The notes below the pieces were generated by a model, which saw nothing but the letters and a program-made list of their open reading frames with translations, was not told the origin of the DNA and did not search any database. A program made the translations under genes and the position numbers. A DNA stretch of 64,000 nt from Aplysia californica (lineage: Eukaryota). Shown here one piece after another: positions 54,501-63,851 of the stretch. Numbering within the stretch: position 1 is the first letter of the stretch; each line of letters opens with the position of its first letter. The DNA lies in contig NW_004797412.1 in NCBI RefSeq assembly GCF_000002075.1, positions 37,493 to 101,492 on the forward strand, written 5' to 3'.

Positions 54501-57500
54501 GCTCTTGAGAAAACAATATATTGTTGGTTAAAGTAGTCAAGAGAATGCCTTTTTTGCGACCTGAGGCAAAATTATTTTTATTCGAACTTCATTGCATTAT
54601 AACACTTTAAGCCCAATTGCATAGTAATTTTCTGCACTTCAGACCAAATCTAGGGTTTCCAGGAGGGCAGTCGCCCGGAGGTAAAAAAAAAATCAGGGAG
54701 AGCATCGCCCTTTCTCCCCCCATAATTTAATAATATTTTGCAATAAGGTTTGAAATTTTCTTGCAAATAATTTGTGACTGTCTTAGTGACCATATATTTG
54801 TGTGGGATCTGGGGAAAAAAAATAGCCATTTGATCCCCAAATGCAGTGTATCTGTGTGAAGGAGTGAAACTAAAAATTTACCTGCTGCCCTTGTTCCTAG
54901 TTACTTGTACAGGGTAAGGACAAAGGAACAGCAGGACTTCATACTCAGAGGGCGAGTTTTCATTGAGGAGACATTTTCTGGACTTATTCTATTGTTTTCA
55001 GCTGCTAGTTCTGTTGGCTTATGGCCTGCTTTGAAATTTCAATGTGTAGCATCGAAAAAGTCGACAGTGAAAATAAATCGCAGAACACCATGAAATGATA
55101 TGTAACACAAACTCATGAATTCATACTAAGCAGCACTAACCAGTTGGATACATTTAAATCTTATATTAATCATTTTTGAGCTTCAAAGAAAACATTTATA
55201 CAGCTGACTGCTCTGTTGTCTCATTTGGACTTTCACAATGACATATGTACATGTAACAACAACATGCTTCCTGGGCAAGACATGCGTAGTTGAACAGATG
55301 AATGAGTACTTTTCGAGACTCACATGGAGGCATCCCGGTGGTCTTAGAAGGAAATCTATGGGCTTGCACTGAAATATGGGGTCTGGGAGCAGGGTAACAT
55401 GGAGGCTCAGATTGTTTTGTTCATGTAAATGGGGGTGTGCCGGCCATGATGATGAGGATAAGAAGACCCCCTTGTCAGACACGCGTGAGGTCACTGCTGC
55501 GAGCTCCAGTATCGTATAAAAAAACCTCTTTGGTTCAGACTCAGTTTCTAGCTTTAACTAATTAACTGGGAACCTGCAGTTACAGAAGGACAATTTAAGA
55601 TTCCGTTCTGACACAAAATTAGATAAAATACTCAATTATAGAGAGATGTGCTATTTTTCTGTACAAAATGAGCAGTAATATTTCACTAGTTTTTAACAAG
55701 GGGGTTTTAAGGGAGCTTGTTTCTACGACCGACTTTTTTTCAAACTGTCGAGCGTTGCCGGGTTCACATTTGCGAAGACGGTTGAAGAGGCCTTGTCGAC
55801 CGAGGCTGTTTTGCTGCTCTCTTTCGCCCTCCGTAAACTCTGTTGCATTCGGACCACCGCTACATTATATAAATTTTTCACGTGAGTATTCCTGTGCTGT
55901 TTCCTCATTCACTTTGAGTTAGAGCGACAGTAGCGTTTCAGTCATGCCCCTGGGCCAATGGTGGATGATTCAGGGTGGCATGAACATAGCCTGCAAACTA
56001 CGTTCACTGCGCCGTGAACAAAGCCACTGCGAACAAGATTTATTTCTACTAGATCTAGGCCTACCATTTCTGTCATCACAAGTCATAACTTGTCATATAA
56101 GTGCCATAGAATTGCTTCTCTTTATACTTTATATATCTAGAATCTAGTAGATCTAGATGTTTTTGCAAATGGCATGGAACTGACTAAGTGGAAGGAGTTC
56201 GTCAGAGGGCCGGCCGACCAACAACACACAAAAGAGATCCCCAACCCTATCTCTTGTATAGTTTGCTCAGTGGACCTTGTAACGGAACGGTAAGTGCCGG
56301 CCCTCTGCAGAACTCCTCCCGACTAAGTAGTAGCCTCTAGATAGTAGATCTAGATTTCTAAATCTAAATCTAGATTAGATATATTATCTAGACTTCCAGT
56401 GGCGTCACGTGGGTTGCAGACAAGGTGGTACATAATTGGAAAGTGAGCAAAAGGGCAATAAGCTTAGTAGCTACTTTTTAGATTTCAAGAGAAAGTCAAT
56501 TAGAATCTGCAGGATATCCCGTAATCTAGATCTAGATCTATCGATATTTACAACTGTTTCTAAATCTAGATCTAGATCTAGATCTAGATGAAACCGCATA
56601 AAAGCTGCAATAAAGTGAAACAATTAATACTATAACTAACTCACTATGCTCACCATCTGAGAAGATTTAAAGATTTCTAATTACTTCGTGCAGCACCAGG
56701 ACTTGCTACACTAGAGGGAGACAACAGTTTCGATACCCATTCTTCATTGAGTCACTAAAATCTAGATCTACCAGTGTAGTAGATAGGCTCGCGGAAACTT
56801 GGATGAAATTTTTAGCTTGCACCAAATTTGTGCCGCGAAGAGCAGTTTCATGCACCTTTCTTCTTGTGCGAGAAGGACGATACCTAGATTTCTGTACAGT
56901 ACAATGACAAAAATAACTTTGGTGCAAAGATTTTGCTTGCTCCCAGCAGACACTACCGCAACAGGTGCGACGAGCAACCTCCTCGCCGTCTGTCTCTTCA
57001 CTGGCGCAGCCAGCAGGTGACGGATCGCAAGGATTTAGTTGTAGATCTAGAGCACTGACTGGTTTAGAACAATTAAAAAAGGGAGGGGGGGGGGGGTGAA
57101 GGCCAGGGTTAGGTGGGCGCACCTTCCAACGACCTGTTAATTAAAACATGGTCGTGTTTGTCGTAAAAGTTTTGCAAGTTTATCATAGACCTAAAATGAA
57201 AGTGAAAGCAAGATCTACGCGCAAATATTCTAGATTACTGTGCCAAGCCATATGGCTCCTTGGCAAGTCAATAAACAGTCATTGTGAAAGACCTAGACCT
57301 AGATTAGATCTACATCTTAGACACAAAACAAGAAAAAGAAGAGAGGAATATCTTTACTACTGTTCCCATCCATACCATTCAGTTTCTTCACCATGTCATC
57401 CACTGTGTACTTGTCTTTCACTGTGACAAATGCAAAGTTTCGTTTCATTGAAATGCTGTTGAAAATAATGCCCTGTTGCTCCAGAAGTCGACGGAGAGTT

Positions 57501-57550
57501 GATTCGTTGACATCGCCAGGTAAATTTCCCAAAAACACTTTTTCCATCAT
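27372..57550 (-). CDS. IGF2BP: IGF2 mRNA-binding protein (IGF2BP/IMP/Imp family), complete 16-exon gene, 579 aa, RRM1-RRM2-KH1-KH2-KH3-KH4
   Basis: Manual exon chain: 57550-57376, 50400-50346, 49743-49634, 48751-48697, 48373-48322, 44206-44121, 41498-41412, 40356-40317, 37959-37865, 37082-36966, 35922-35766, 35016-34915, 34080-33919, 31113-31006, 29797-29666, 27578-27372. All introns GT-AG, phases match, total 1740 nt with no internal stop. N-terminal KVFLGNL (RNP2) and FAFV (RNP1); four KH GxxG loops (GKQG, GKQG, GSKG, GKGG). Confidence 0.95.
28016..28532 (-). mobile_element. SINE family A copy
   Basis: Full-length similarity; TSD CCTGTAAGTCC at 28005 and 28533. Confidence 0.9.
29666..29797 (-). 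CDS. IGF2BP: IGF2BP exon 15 (KH4: AQFYIFEKV...IGRIIGKGGQN)
   Basis: KH motif, acceptor tttttcag, donor AAT|gtaagt, 132 nt. Confidence 0.93.
31006..31113 (-). CDS. IGF2BP: IGF2BP exon 14 (...ERKTVISGSPEAQWK)
   Basis: GxPEAQWK motif, acceptor attgcag, donor AAG|gtaaac, 108 nt. Confidence 0.92.
31289..32273. mobile_element. Unclassified non-autonomous DNA transposon (985 bp)
   Basis: Ends TAGGTA...TACCTA, 7-bp direct repeat ATAAAAG on both sides; CpG-rich; interior related to 36330-36900. Confidence 0.65.
33172..33745. mobile_element. MITE with about 40-bp imperfect TIRs
   Basis: TGTGAGCGTGCCTGGTGAAAGGACCCAAAAGACGCATTT ... AAATGCGTCATTGGTACCTTTCACTAGGCACACACACA. Confidence 0.72.
33919..34080 (-). 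CDS. IGF2BP: IGF2BP exon 13 (KH3: EVVQLYIPEKSVGAVIGSKGQNIK)
   Basis: KH motif, acceptor gtttcag, donor AAG|gtgatt, 162 nt. Confidence 0.93.
34915..35016 (-). CDS. IGF2BP: IGF2BP exon 12 (Pro/Met-rich KH2-KH3 linker)
   Basis: acceptor ttttgcag, donor ATG|gtagga, 102 nt, phase 0-0. Confidence 0.85.
35766..35922 (-). CDS. IGF2BP: IGF2BP exon 11 (...DRVITISGSTENCSKAEGKISEKMRQCFEQD...)
   Basis: acceptor gttttcag, donor CAA|gtaagt, 157 nt. Confidence 0.92.
36300..36900. mobile_element. Older relative of the 31289-32273 element
   Basis: Shared blocks GATGATTAAATA..GTCTTTTCATTGGC.GAGAACT and ATAGAAAGC.TTTAAAAATA..GTCAAA. Confidence 0.55.
36966..37082 (-). CDS. IGF2BP: IGF2BP exon 10 (KH2: VPLKMLCPNSICGRIIGKQGNVIK)
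   Basis: KH motif, acceptor tttttcag, donor AG|gtgaga, 117 nt. Confidence 0.93.
37865..37959 (-). CDS. IGF2BP: IGF2BP exon 9 (MVTIKGSPESCSKACQEIMRVVQEEAE)
   Basis: KH1 C-terminal helix, acceptor atttcag, donor GG|gtaggt, 95 nt. Confidence 0.9.
38870..39344 (-). mobile_element. Retroposon family B (no tRNA head, same 3' hairpin tail as SINE A)
   Basis: TSD ATTAGAGAAT (38860, 39345); body shared with 50901-51300 and 63500-63851. Confidence 0.8.
40317..40356 (-). CDS. IGF2BP: IGF2BP exon 8 (VDIHRRESHIPDT)
   Basis: VDIHRRE motif, acceptor caccacag, donor T|gtaagt, 40 nt. Confidence 0.88.
41412..41498 (-). CDS. IGF2BP: IGF2BP exon 7 (KH1: IIISSDYVGAIIGKQGLTIRKIT)
   Basis: KH motif, acceptor ttccccag, donor AG|gtatgt, 87 nt. 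Confidence 0.93.
41880..42507 (+). mobile_element. Mariner transposon 3' relic
   Basis: KLAKGILL...YEILLQPPYSPD (HPPYSPDL motif); terminal TTATTGAACACCCCTCATA resembles a mariner TIR plus TA. Confidence 0.75.
42945..44025 (+). mobile_element. L2/CR1-group LINE 3' fragment
   Basis: SKLDYCN...LQVLQNQAAKLI...HVTPILKELHWLPIKERIKYK; L2-type 3' end TGTAATGCGCATTGAG...GCGCAGTATAAATGC(TAT)n. Confidence 0.9.
44121..44206 (-). CDS. IGF2BP: IGF2BP exon 6 (VEFFRNQKRSNRS...QELPLR, RRM-KH linker)
   Basis: acceptor gctttcag, donor CG|gtaaat, 86 nt; ends in the PLR motif that precedes KH1. Confidence 0.88.
45027..45310 (-). mobile_element. tRNA-derived SINE with an L2-type 3' tail
   Basis: B-box GGTTCGAATCC on minus; tail TGTAAAGCGCATAGAG...GCGCTGTACTAATGCTATTTATTATT. 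Confidence 0.8.
46088..48123 (-). mobile_element. Chapaev / N-RAG-TP-like DNA transposon, internally deleted and pseudogenised (RAG1 N-terminal-like zinc finger plus C-terminal transposase segment)
   Basis: Termini CACGGCATACAAA / TTTGGACGCCGTG; 4-bp TSD AGAT (46084-46087, 48124-48127). Minus-strand relic from ATG 47584: MGHTYERHRESLN*LCRVC...ILLIYGID...ICVKC...W...VCRH, then LFPCKVIPKQHIS*QHCIP...LLGE*DTESSHQ. Confidence 0.85.
46695..47584 (-). pseudogene. Decayed transposase of the Chapaev/N-RAG-TP-like element
   Basis: Multiple frameshifts and stops; only about 890 nt remain and the central catalytic region is apparently deleted near 47230-47170. Confidence 0.75.
48322..48373 (-). CDS. 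IGF2BP: IGF2BP exon 5 (CVEQLNDYRFEDGTQLK)
   Basis: acceptor tgaaatag, donor AAG|gtgagc, 52 nt, ends phase 0 and joins exon 6. Confidence 0.88.
48697..48751 (-). CDS. IGF2BP: IGF2BP exon 4 (GSEGAIYVTFSTPEEAE)
   Basis: acceptor ttccctcag, donor GA|gtgagt, 55 nt. Confidence 0.88.
49634..49743 (-). CDS. IGF2BP: IGF2BP exon 3 (RRM2 start: PRTNKIQIRNVPSH...)
   Basis: KIQIRNVP motif typical of IGF2BP RRM2; acceptor cctgtag, donor G|gtgagt, 110 nt. Confidence 0.92.
50346..50400 (-). CDS. IGF2BP: IGF2BP exon 2 (YTLEGCQLQAEPSNGKKR)
   Basis: acceptor ttgattcag, donor AG|gtttg, 55 nt, phase 1 to 2. Confidence 0.88.
50901..51300 (-). mobile_element. Retroposon family B copy
   Basis: TSD CATTCCAA (50893, 51301); A-rich tail. 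Confidence 0.82.
52234..53999 (-). mobile_element. Ginger-type (Ginger2/TDD, KRBA2/SCAND3-like integrase) DNA transposon deletion derivative
   Basis: TGT...ACA ends, about 135-bp TIRs (TGTTACAGTCAAACCCGGAAACTAGTCATTCTCAGG...), TATA on both sides. Minus-strand remnants: SPYQALLGTEPRVGL, NVAIPIPLVDRGRG, GQGYIKCNC...NRCKCFKAKLK. Confidence 0.8.
53150..53260. repeat. 33-bp minisatellite (about 3 copies) inside the Ginger element
   Basis: GATTTCGTCGAC...ATGAGCAGCAACG recurs with a 33-nt period. Confidence 0.75.
57376..57550 (-). CDS. IGF2BP: IGF2BP exon 1 (RRM1: MMEKVFLGNLPGDV...MVKKLNG)
   Basis: ATG at 57550, RNP2/RNP1 motifs, donor G|gtatgg, 175 nt, phase 1. Confidence 0.92.
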
Positions 57551-57700
57551 ATTGCAATAGTTAGCAGCTGACGACGCCGGGAAATTTCGTCGCTAAACAA
57601 GCGTCTAACGTGTCCAAAAGTTCTGCCCTACAAGATCAAAAGTACTATTTTCCAACAGAAAAAATAACGGAAGTAAACCAAGGATGGCGTAATAATACAT
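57551..57700 (-). promoter_or_regulatory. Putative IGF2BP 5'UTR/core promoter
   Basis: CpG-containing stretch upstream of the ATG, with ETS-type ACGGAAGT (57667-57674) and YY1-like AGGATGGCG (57681-57689). A second YY1 core, CGCCATCTT, is at 58241. Confidence 0.4.
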
Positions 57701-58564
57701 AAATACATGTAATCAAGGGATTGCAGGATAGTATTATTCAATGTATACATCTAATATGACTTTATATCACCATTATGTTGCTTTTTATCACACTAGATAT
57801 ATAAATTTAAATATTTCAATTCATATAAATTAGAAAATATCTCTCAGTTGAAAATATTCAGAGCGGCTTAAGGTTATAGATTCACCCTTTGCCGGTGAAA
57901 TAATGAACTCGTCCGAAAACTGTCGTTTCTTTTATTTTTATTTTTGTGTGAGACACGTGTTTCTTGCGCCCGCTTCACTCTTCGGCCTTCGGACATTTTC
58001 ACTGCAAGAGGCCGGGCGGTGATAAGTGAAAATAGTACAGCTTTGGATAATTAATGTCATTATTCCACACTTTACTGGGAATGAAGACTGAGACAACGTT
58101 TTTACGAAACTCTTTGCTCTTCTTCCTTCTCCGGCTACTCACAGTCTAGGCTATTAATTAGCTCGATCTTCTCAGGCTTCGAAAAAAAAAAGTCGACTTA
58201 GTCTAACATTATAAGAGATCTAATTTATTTTTCCTCTCCACGCCATCTTCTTACATGCATTACGTTGGCCTTCCTGTGTCCAGAGAAACAACAAAAAAAG
58301 TTAGGATTCCGTTTAACAATGAGGTCAATAATTAACTTTAGATAAGAAAAAATGAAGAGAGAAGAGGCATCGTAAAAGACACGTTCACTTTCTAACGTTC
58401 ACAGCATAGGCTAGTATCCTGCAGAGTGTACATGTACAAAGATGTACATTCGTCTGCACTTCATTGTACTAAGTTCAGCAGTTCAAACGTAAGGTCATTA
58501 CAAACATCCGATGCCAAATTTTATGTAGTCTACCGCGCAAAAATAATTGTGATAGCTGAAGACA

Positions 58565-60821
58565 GTTTCCAGATTGACCACATAATATGTGTCAACAAGA
58601 AATTCAGGAGATCAATGGGATGTTAGTGTTTACAGGGGTGCAGACGTAGCTTCTGACCATCATCTGCTTATTTCAACAATCCGACTAAGACTAAAACAAA
58701 GACAGGGGATTGTCAATCATAGGTGCCGGTACAACGTGGGATTTCTGAGAGAGCCATCGTCAAGAGAGGAGTTTAATGTAGCAGTTAAGAACAGGTTCCA
58801 AGTGCTGGAAACACTAGGAGAGGATAGCAGCGTGGAAGAAACATGGGAGGCAATAAAAGAAGGCTGGACCACTGTGTGTCAAGATGTACTGGGGAAACAG
58901 AAACGTGAGCACAAGCCATGGGTATCTGCCACCACTATGAAGAAGACAGGGATCAGGAAAAAGAAAAGGGATCACGTAAACAGGAGAAAGATAAGAGCAG
59001 CCAAAGCAAAGGCCCAAGAAGAATACACCAAAGCAATGAACGGAAAGACAAAAGAATGTAGATGACCTAGCGCGCGAGGCAGAAGAAGCAGCAGGGGCAG
59101 GAATCATGAGAGGACTGTATGAAACCACCAAGAAACATGCAGGCAGATACAGGAACGCAGATGTGCCAGTTAGGGGTAAAGAGGGAAAGCTTCTCACAAA
59201 TCCAGACGAACAGAAACAACACTGGACGGAGCATTTCAAAGAGCTACTGAACAGACCAAGGCAGAAAAACAGTTTGACATTCCACCAGCAGAGATTGATC
59301 TGGGGGTGAGTGAAGAAAAGCCCAGTTTAGAAGAGACCAAGGAGGTGATAAGACAACCGAAAGGAGGCAAGGCAGCCGGCCCAGATGGAATTCCCCCCAG
59401 AAGTTCTCAAGGCGGATATCGACACTGCAGCAGGGATTCTTCATGGAATTATGGGCAAGAAATAGGACAGCGAAGAATTTCCCAAGGATTGGAGAGACGG
59501 ATTGCTTGTGAAACTACCCAAGAAAAGAGACCTGCATGAGTGTAAAAATTATTTACAGAGGAATCATGCTCCTGTGCATTCCTGGGAAGATTTTAAGTCG
59601 TACCATACTGGAAAGACTGAAGGAAGCCGTGGATGTAAAACTAAGAGAGGAGCAGGCAGGATTTCGTAAAAAGAGATCATGTACCGATCAGATTGCAACT
59701 TTGAGGATAATAGTGGAGCAGTCCACAGAGTGAAACTCTTCCCTGTACGTTAACTTTGTTGACTACGAGAAAGCTTTTGACAGGCTAGATAGGGACCCAA
59801 TATCGAAACTCATGCGCCACTACGGTATACCTGACAAGTTCGTGAGATTGATCAAGAATCAAAAAGATGTATGAGAGAATGAGCTGCCGTGTTTTACTTG
59901 AAGGGCAGCGGACAGACTTTGAAGTGAAAACAAGAGTGAAACTGGGATGCCTGCTATTGCCTCTTCTCTTTTTATTAGCAATGGATTGGAGAATGAGACA
60001 GACAGCGTCGGGACAACGCGGTGGCATACAGTAGACCCTTTCCAGTCAGTTGGAAGACTTGGACTTTGCCGACGACTTGGCACTTCTTTCTCACAGTCAA
60101 GCCCAGATGCCACAGAAGACTAGTCGTCTCAGGGCCTTCTCCCGTAGTGTTGGACTCCATATTCACACGGATAAAACGAAAGTTCTGCGAATGAATGCAG
60201 CCGAGGTTCCTATCACACTGCAAGGGGCACCACTGGCTGATGTTGAATCCTTCACCTACCTGGGAAGTGTCATCAACAAGGCAGGGGGAACAGACGAAGA
60301 CATCAAGGTCAGAATCCAAAAGGCAAGAGCAGCATTCATCATCCTCAGGAATATATGGATGTCTAAGGAACTGGGATTGAACACCAAGCTGAGAATCTCC
60401 AAGACAAACGTGAAGACTGTTCTACTGTATGGTTCAGAGACATGGAGGCTCACAGCATCAGCAGCAAGGAAACTGCCTAAGGAGGATAGTACGGATCAAG
60501 TGGTACGATCGAGTCACAAATGCTCAACTGAGGGAAATAACAAGCCAAAGGCCAGTAAAGGAAGACATACAGGTGAAGAAATGGAAATGGATTAGGTCAC
60601 ACCCTGAGGAGACCCCCGACAAGCATCATCAGACAGGCTCTGACGTGGAATCCACAAGAAGGAAAACATAAGAAAAGAAGACCAAAGATGACATGGAGGC
60701 GAGCGGAACAAGTGGAAATGAAAAAGGCGGTGACATCATGGAAACAGCTACAAAAGGATACAGAGGACAGGCTTCGCTGGAGAAATGTTGTGGATGGCCT
60801 ATGCTCCACTGGGAGTTAAAA

Positions 60822-60823
<2 letters not shown>
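58565..60823 (+). mobile_element. RTE-clade LINE, 5'-truncated, frameshifted EN-RT ORF
   Basis: QIDHI and RGADVASDHHL (endonuclease end), KAAGPDGIP, YRGIMLL, LREEQAGFRKKRSCTDQI, DLDFADD, YLGS, VLLYGSETW; followed by (GA)n. Confidence 0.93.

Positions 60824-60824
<1 letters not shown>

Positions 60825-60876
<52 letters not shown>
60825..60876. repeat. (GA)n microsatellite at the RTE 3' end
   Basis: direct. Confidence 0.95.
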
Positions 60877-60880
<4 letters not shown>

Positions 60881-61131
60881 AGTTTCAATAGAATGAGTTC
60901 AGTTTCTAAAAGAACTATAAAAAACCGCAGATACATCTAAACAACAACCAAAATACGAGTTTTAAAAAGACTATGTGGCCTTCTGCGGCCGTGAATGTTT
61001 GGGCAAATACAATAGTTAATGAAAAATAAACTTCAAACAACAGGAATGCGGATTAAATCATGTTAAGAATTTCATGGATGGAAAAGAAATCAAACGAGGT
61101 AGGTCTTAGAGTTGAAAAAGCCTGAGAGGGT

Positions 61132-61539
61132 TAGGAGCACAGAAAGAGCAACCAGACAACAGCGTTAACTACACAGAAATAAAAACTATTATAAGTACAC
61201 TATTTAAAGCAACTCAGACACCAGATGGCTACCATGAGCTGTCCCGCCAAGAACAAGTGATTATCTTAAGACTAAGGACACAACACACAAGACTGAGACA
61301 ACATATGTACAAATGTTTTAAACTAGTACAATCACCAAAATGCCAGTGTGGAGAGACGGACCAAACTGTTGAACACATCCTTCAGCACTGCAAGACACAC
61401 AGGGCCCTGAGACAGGAAACGTGGCCAACCCCACTGACGCTGCTAGAGAAGCTATACGGGCCGACAGATGAACTGAGCAGGACGGCCCAATTTATGACAG
61501 ATACCAGACTTCAAGTGTGATGCGATCGAGAAGAAGAAG
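61132..61539 (+). mobile_element. 5'-truncated LINE 3' end (I-group/Ingi-like, C-terminal CCHC knuckle)
   Basis: RLRTQH...CQCGETDQTVEHILQHC...LYG; (GAA)n tail; 14-bp TSD AAGCCTGAGAGGGT at 61118-61131 and 61540-61553. Confidence 0.85.
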
Positions 61540-61749
61540 AAGCCTGAGAGGGTCGCCCGGGACACTTGAATAGACTATTAAAGGCCTTGAACATCTTGCT
61601 CGAGCTGGGGGGGGGGGGGGGGGGGGAAGAAGGCAAAAGAGGCAGGAGTAGACAAAGAACAACTTCCTCGGGAAGCTTGAACTGAACAGACGGGTGACGG
61701 TGAAAAGACCGAGACATAGTTTTAAAAAATCATTTAGACATATCTACAT

Positions 61750-61848
61750 AATTTTTTAGAGCATCCGAGCCGAGAAATGAGTGGCAACGGCAAACCATGA
61801 TCATTGATGAGGGTGTTTGAGATCTGGCACATGATGATGATCATGATC
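61750..61848 (+). mobile_element. RTE-like LINE 3' terminal fragment
   Basis: Resembles the 3' end at 54310-54385; ends TGGCACA(TGA)n. Confidence 0.4.
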
Positions 61849-61984
61849 GATATACATGTGTATTCCTTTCTTTCCGACCATCCTTTGGACTACGTGTGCA
61901 TATAGATCTAGCTTGTCGCTATGCTTTACCGTTCTGTTATGTTAGATTGATTCGTATAATTGTGGTTTGACCTGTGAAAAGGGC

Positions 61985-62500
61985 TTTTTGTGAGTGTTTC
62001 ATGGCACTCGCAACTAAATGAATGAGCGCGCGGGTCGGCTTGGTGGGAATTCTTTTTTAATTTTGCCCGGCTGGCGGCTGAAGCCCACCCTTATCGATTT
62101 TTAGTACCACCAATGGTCTTTAGATTCTAACATGCGCAACTTGCACAGTGGAGCTCCGAAACTTTTTCGTCCTTATCCGAGAAGACTAAGTGTTAGATCT
62201 TTGCTACACTAAGAATGATATGGTGTGACCGAAAGACAGCAGTAAGAAGGAACCGCAAGGAGTAGTAGTTGTAGAAAGGCAGCAGAAAGAATTGGGAGCC
62301 CAGAGGAGGGGGGCAATTATTTATTTATTTATTTTTATTTTTTTTTGGGGGGGGGAGGAGGCAGAAAATAGATGCGAAAGCAGACGACAGAATATGGTTA
62401 GAGAGCAAGAAAGGTGAAAGTAAAAACATTTTCTGTCTCTGTCAGATTTCGAACCCGGGACCACTTGAACAAGAGGCGAACAGTAGACCACGAGATCTCC
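61985..62500 (-). mobile_element. SINE family A copy (older, more diverged)
   Basis: Same head, body and tail order in reverse complement. Confidence 0.82.
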
Positions 62501-62994
62501 CAAAGAGCTTCTCTGAAATAACTAGAGAAAATATTTTCTAGGAAATTGTCTATCCGAAAGTCGTACCCCCAACTACCATTTAGACGCATAATGAAGAAAA
62601 GAAAATCATGAACAATCTGCATTAGTAGGCTACATGCGTTGTAAAACCTTAGAAGGAATTAGTGAAATGCATCAGCACATACAAAAGAAGGCACCCAAGG
62701 AAGAAGCGCTTTTTCTCCCTTGTCACTGAGAAAAAAAAACACACCTACGACAATAGGCCTACATTCCTACTTGGAATGGGTTTAATCTTTCAGATTTGAT
62801 CAGTGTGTGTAAATTTTAAAGGGGCATTTTATGGTAAGTCTCGTCTACACAGTAGAGGCCCACAAGAAAACCAAGTTCTATTCTTCATTGTGTGCAGTAA
62901 AGTACTGGTAGGCCTACCTGGGACAAGTGCCTTGTGTAGACTGTAGGCCTACTGCTTGTTGGGTTTTTACACACCCCCCCCCCAATCGACATCA

Positions 62995-63272
62995 TATAGT
63001 CGCTTTTAAGCACAAGAGGCTATCCCGTAAAATGCTGTTTTGAGAAAATGGAAGGTAACGTTTTTGCCTGTTGTTCAGTTTCTTTAAAAGACGAGAAGAG
63101 TTTTCTCTGTAACCAAACAAATATATGCCTATATAGGCTACTGTAGATATAGGCCTACACCAAAGGCACCAAAGTTCTTCTGTAGGTAGGGCAATATCCA
63201 CTTTTGGTGTAGGTCAAGATTTCTGGAAACCCACGAAATCTGGGTTAGCCTGCTTGTCCTTAAAGCGACCAT
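62995..63272. mobile_element. MITE with about 20-bp TIRs
   Basis: TATAGTCGCTTTTAAGCACAAG ... CTTGTCCTTAAAGCGACCAT. Confidence 0.72.
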
Positions 63273-63499
63273 TTATATTATTTAGGAGGCAGGCTGCTTC
63301 TATCCTACCCGCCTGGGTCAACTCGGGCTGAGAGGGATGAAATGTCCCAACAGAAAGACGGTACGTGTTTTTGTTAAAATTTCTCTCCGAATGAGAACTG
63401 AACTCATGTCTCCTGCGTGCGACGGTGACAAGACTAACCGCAAAGCCAACATCACGAACGCTTGTACACAAGTCTTGTAAAAAGTTTACTCATACACTC

Positions 63500-63851
63500 T
63501 TACTTTAGTTTTAGTAAAGGTTTTACGGCGCTCGCAAACGCATAATGGAATATGAGCGCCAAGGGGTGGATGTCAACAGCGAAGTCCTTTCAGGGAATCA
63601 GACTTGCTGTGCTCACCTCTCTAGCTTCAACAGCACGAAATCTGCTTCAACTATCAAGGCACCCCAGAAAAAGCGAGTCATAAGAATGTGACAGACCTAC
63701 GAAAGAAGTAGGGGGTGGGGGGGAAGGGGGGGGGGAATGACGATAGTAAGGATTAGGAAAGAAAAAGCAGCAGTTCCCTGTTTCAGTTCAGGCACAGTTA
63801 TGAGCAAGACACTGATGAATCAGCCCATTTACAATTACAATTCTACTGTAC
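63500..63851 (-). mobile_element. Retroposon family B copy, truncated by a duplication junction
   Basis: Similarity to the two other copies stops at about 63852. Confidence 0.8.

Noticed and set aside
63811-63830. CTGATGA hammerhead-like core in family B
   Set aside because: No matching stems or GAAA, and not conserved in the other two copies.
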